Source of the DNA: a virus
Virus genome (UHGV): UHGV-0094371
Strand: one strand, 5' to 3'
Length of the DNA stretch: 40,507 nucleotides
In this document: in pieces, positions 37,847-40,507 of the stretch
Layout of the letters: each line of letters begins with the position of its first letter
Position numbering within the stretch: the first letter of the stretch is position 1
Notes under the pieces: model-generated
Database searches by the model: none
Told to the model about the DNA's origin: nothing
Seen by the model: only the letters and a program-made list of their open reading frames with translations
Program-made: the position numbers and the translations under genes

Positions 37847-38418
37847 TGAACAACTTAATGATCGACCTTGAGACGATGGGGAAAAATAAGGATGCACCGA
37901 TCGTTTCCATTGGCGCGGTGTTCTTCACTCCAGAAACCGGAGACATCGGACAAGAATTCTATACGGTTGTTAGCCTGGAAAGTGCTATGGAGCAAGGAGC
38001 TACACCTGACGGCGATACCATCCTGTGGTGGTTGAAACAAAGCCCTGAAGCACGAGCTGCAATCTGTATTGATGATACTTTGTCGATCAGCGATGCTCTC
38101 TCAGAACTAAATCATTTCATTAACCGGCACGCAGCCAATACGAAATATTTAAAAGTCTGGGGTAACGGAGCCACCTTCGACAACGTAATTTTACGTGGAG
38201 CTTATGAGCGAGCAGGACAAATCTGCCCGTGGGCATACTGGAATGACCACGATGTACGCACGATCGTTACGCTTGGGCGTTCCATCGGATTCGACCCCAA
38301 AATGGACATGCCTTTCGATGGCGAACGGCACAACGCCCTGGCCGATGCCCGTCATCAGGCAAAATATGTTTCCGCTATCTGGCAGAAATTAATTCCTGCC
38401 ACCAGCACAGAATTATGA
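37843..38418 (+). CDS. 3'-5' exonuclease (DnaQ-like DEDD fold)
   Basis: 191 aa; Exo I motif IDLETMG; C-terminal H-x4-D (HNALADARH). Confidence 0.6.
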   Translation: MMNNLMIDLETMGKNKDAPIVSIGAVFFTPETGDIGQEFYTVVSLESAMEQGATPDGDTILWWLKQSPEARAAICIDDTLSISDALSELNHFINRHAANTKYLKVWGNGATFDNVILRGAYERAGQICPWAYWNDHDVRTIVTLGRSIGFDPKMDMPFDGERHNALADARHQAKYVSAIWQKLIPATSTEL

Positions 38419-38454
38419 TTTTCCCGGGTGCAGCCGGTTTTGATGGAGAAAATT

Positions 38455-38736
38455 ATGAACACCTTGTTTTTACTGATGGCTGAATTCAATACCCCTAACA
38501 TTGAACTCTCAGCAGTTAGCCAAAAGTACTTTGGCATGAGTCCAGCCACGGCAGAAGCAAAAGCAAACGCTTGTAAGTTGCCCGTTCCAACATATCGCAT
38601 CGGCACATCACAAAAAGCAAAACGTTGCATCAATATTCAGGATCTTGCGGAATACATAGACAAAAGACGAGAAGAAGGACGTATCGAGTGGGAACAGGTC
38701 AGAACAAGCAAACAGAAGGGCAAAGAACATCACTAA
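38455..38736 (+). CDS. putative excisionase / PrtN-family DNA-binding protein
   Basis: 93 aa from the ATG at 38455 (GGAG RBS); last gene of the early-left operon; family recalled from memory. Confidence 0.45.
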   Translation: MNTLFLLMAEFNTPNIELSAVSQKYFGMSPATAEAKANACKLPVPTYRIGTSQKAKRCINIQDLAEYIDKRREEGRIEWEQVRTSKQKGKEHH

Positions 38737-38737
38737 A

Positions 38738-38765
38738 GAAAAAACCCGCCTAAAGGCGGGTTTTC
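38738..38765. terminator. bidirectional intrinsic terminator (A-run, CCCGCC-TAAA-GGCGGG, T4)
   Basis: direct reading immediately after the Xis-like gene. Confidence 0.6.
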
Positions 38766-38783
38766 AAAAAGCACCAGCTATGA

Positions 38784-38957
38784 TCATGCTGCTTTGCGAC
38801 GACGAAGCTTACCCTGCTGCTCTTTACCAGAGACAGTAGCGTGAGTGAACGCATTAGGAGCAGCCTTCATCAGAACTTCAACAGCAGCACCCATACCTGC
38901 GAATGCTTTCATTGTGTCGAACTTAACCTGTGGCTTGGTTGCTTTTTGATCTTTCAT
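38784..38957 (-). CDS. hypothetical small basic protein (57 aa; not in the ORF track)
   Basis: hand translation MKDQKATKPQVKFDTMKAFAGMGAAVEVLMKAAPNAFTHATVSGKEQQGKLRRRKAA; GGGAG RBS 6 nt upstream. Confidence 0.35.
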   Translation of the reverse strand: MKDQKATKPQVKFDTMKAFAGMGAAVEVLMKAAPNAFTHATVSGKEQQGKLRRRKAA

Positions 38958-39153
38958 AGAAAACTCCCGAGACAGTAAAGGCGTCTCTAACCCTCTCTTT
39001 AAAGCTAGCTTGTTTCGCTAACTTATGCCAATCGATCATGTCGATTGGTGACATCGTTTCTTAGTAGTTTAAGCACAAAACGACTGCCATAGATGTACCT
39101 TTAAGGTAATCTGGACGGGTATCCTACAATTTGTAGACCCTTCTCGTCTATAC

Positions 39154-39690
39154 CTACTGAGCAAATTTAAGAAAGATATCCTGCAGCTCATCAATGACTG
39201 CAGACATCACATAACCGCACTGTTCCATGCGGAAACCAAAAGACTCGTAATACTGCACCAGTTCTGGTACTGGCTCTACAATGTGGACAACTTTACATTC
39301 AACAGCTTTACAAAATATAAAAGCACTCATAAGAGTGAGTAAAACCATGCGCCCTTTCAATGGGTGAGATTCATCTTCTCTAGAAAACCTTTCGATCATA
39401 TGGATACGAAAGATGTTTTCTTCAACCCCATAAACACAAATTGCTGCTCCTGATGGTATTCCCTGAACCCGACCTTGCTGAACAAGTTTTATGCAGAACT
39501 CATACTTTTCTCTGGAGTTGCCATAGGTGCTTAACGCATAGTCCCATTCAAGCTCACCATAGCCACCACACAGAATCTTGTAATCATCATCACTGAGCGG
39601 ACCAACAGCAAGAGGTAAGCCGACATGATCAATAATCAACTGGATATTGTTACGTACAGATTGACCTATCTCGTCTAGGGTAAGCATCAT
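39154..39690 (-). CDS. putative GNAT-family acetyltransferase
   Basis: 178 aa; C-terminal YYESFGF motif typical of GNAT; TATAAT-like -10 upstream; AT-rich surroundings. Confidence 0.4.
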   Translation of the reverse strand: MMLTLDEIGQSVRNNIQLIIDHVGLPLAVGPLSDDDYKILCGGYGELEWDYALSTYGNSREKYEFCIKLVQQGRVQGIPSGAAICVYGVEENIFRIHMIERFSREDESHPLKGRMVLLTLMSAFIFCKAVECKVVHIVEPVPELVQYYESFGFRMEQCGYVMSAVIDELQDIFLKFAQ

Positions 39691-40231
39691 AGACTCTCAA
39701 GCGGAACACTAAAAATCTCATTATATCTCATTCTGATGCCCGGCATGGATTACACCTTGAAATGAAAACACCGGGTTCCCAATAGGCTCCCACAAAGTGT
39801 ATAACTACTTGTTTTTCAAAAACGGTACATCCTATCGAGCATTGGTGCAACGCTAAACCGACCACTCCAGTGAACGTCAGTTTTTTCAGGCATTGCGCTG
39901 GTTTGGTTGATTTTTTGCATTTCAGAATTACCGTGCATTTTCAAATGTAGAGATTATTTTATCGATATATCATGGGGTTATGTTATTCAGCATCACTGTT
40001 CAGGAGGCTCAATAGCGGGGTACTATACCATAACAACAGGAAGCGCCTGTCTCATTGCAAAAGAAAATTGAGATCCTCTCAAGGCATGAAGCTCTCACGA
40101 AGTGATGGAAATAATCTTATTAGCCGTTAACTTTATTAAGGCCAATGATAAACAATCCAGGTTCGACGATAAATAAAAAATCACACATTAAACTCTGGTG
40201 ATATATCTCCCTGCTAATAGCATTGATAGAG

Positions 40232-40264
40232 AAAAAAGAACCCAATAAATATTGGGTCCTTTTA
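40232..40264. terminator. bidirectional hairpin terminator (ACCCAAT-AAAT-ATTGGGT flanked by A6 and T4)
   Basis: direct reading; about 40 nt downstream of the partial minus-strand ORF. Confidence 0.5.
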
Positions 40265-40300
40265 TATAATGCCTTCCATACTATCGAAGAACTTCACATA

Positions 40301-40507
40301 TTATTTCTCCGATTTAACCCCGAACAAATCATAAATTAATTTAGAAGTGTCTGTAAGTATTTTAATCTCTTCCTTTGAGGTTGGGTCAAACGACTTCGCG
40401 AAGCTAATTAATTGTGGTGCAGCATCTCGCATTTTGCTTAAAATATCAGGATCGAGCGTTCCTTCATTCACCAGATGTGACATCTTATCCAGATAGCCAT
40501 CAAAATT
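40301..40507 (-). CDS. hypothetical protein, partial (frame stays open to the window end)
   Basis: no in-frame stop between 40483 and 40507. Confidence 0.35.
   Translation of the reverse strand, partial: NFDGYLDKMSHLVNEGTLDPDILSKMRDAAPQLISFAKSFDPTSKEEIKILTDTSKLIYDLFGVKSEK

Noticed and set aside
38770-40507. Integrase or attachment-site tRNA at the right end
   Set aside because: No ORF of recombinase size on either strand and no GGTTCGAATCC-type T-arm motif; reported as absent within the window.

Overview
The window is a nearly complete lambdoid prophage from an enterobacterial host, lying inverted relative to the standard lambda map. Minus strand, 1-18.5 kb: a lambda-like tail and head module in conserved order (J, I, K, L, M, H, T, G, V, U, Z, FII, FI, E, D, C, B, W, A, Nu1) ending at a lambda-like cos site. 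18.7-23.7 kb: an AT-rich moron islet, a phage-21-type lysis cassette (pinholin S, SAR endolysin R, Rz/Rz1), an orphan DNA methyltransferase, and a candidate late promoter/terminator pair. 23.7-29.6 kb: Q antiterminator, a DUF968/HNH protein, a KilA-N protein, RusA, a LexA-like DNA-binding protein, a PerC-like regulator, an O-like replication initiator with internal iterons, a CII-like protein and Cro. Plus strand, 29.7-38.7 kb: CI repressor, a stand-alone ClpX zinc-finger protein, a structured leader, a second KilA-N gene, an ISL3-like transposase homologue, RdgC, an HD hydrolase, DUF551 and Ead/Ea22 proteins, a 3'-5' exonuclease and an Xis-like protein. No integrase and no N-like antiterminator were found; the last 1.7 kb is AT-rich with a GNAT-like gene. 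All assignments rest on reading the supplied translations and sequence by eye and on recalled family signatures; no database search was run. Most worth follow-up: the immunity-region pair (ClpX zinc finger plus antisense zinc ribbon), a near-consensus LexA box inside cI together with a phage LexA-DBD-only protein, a HEPN-like gene in the bor position, and the transposase homologue embedded in the early-left operon.
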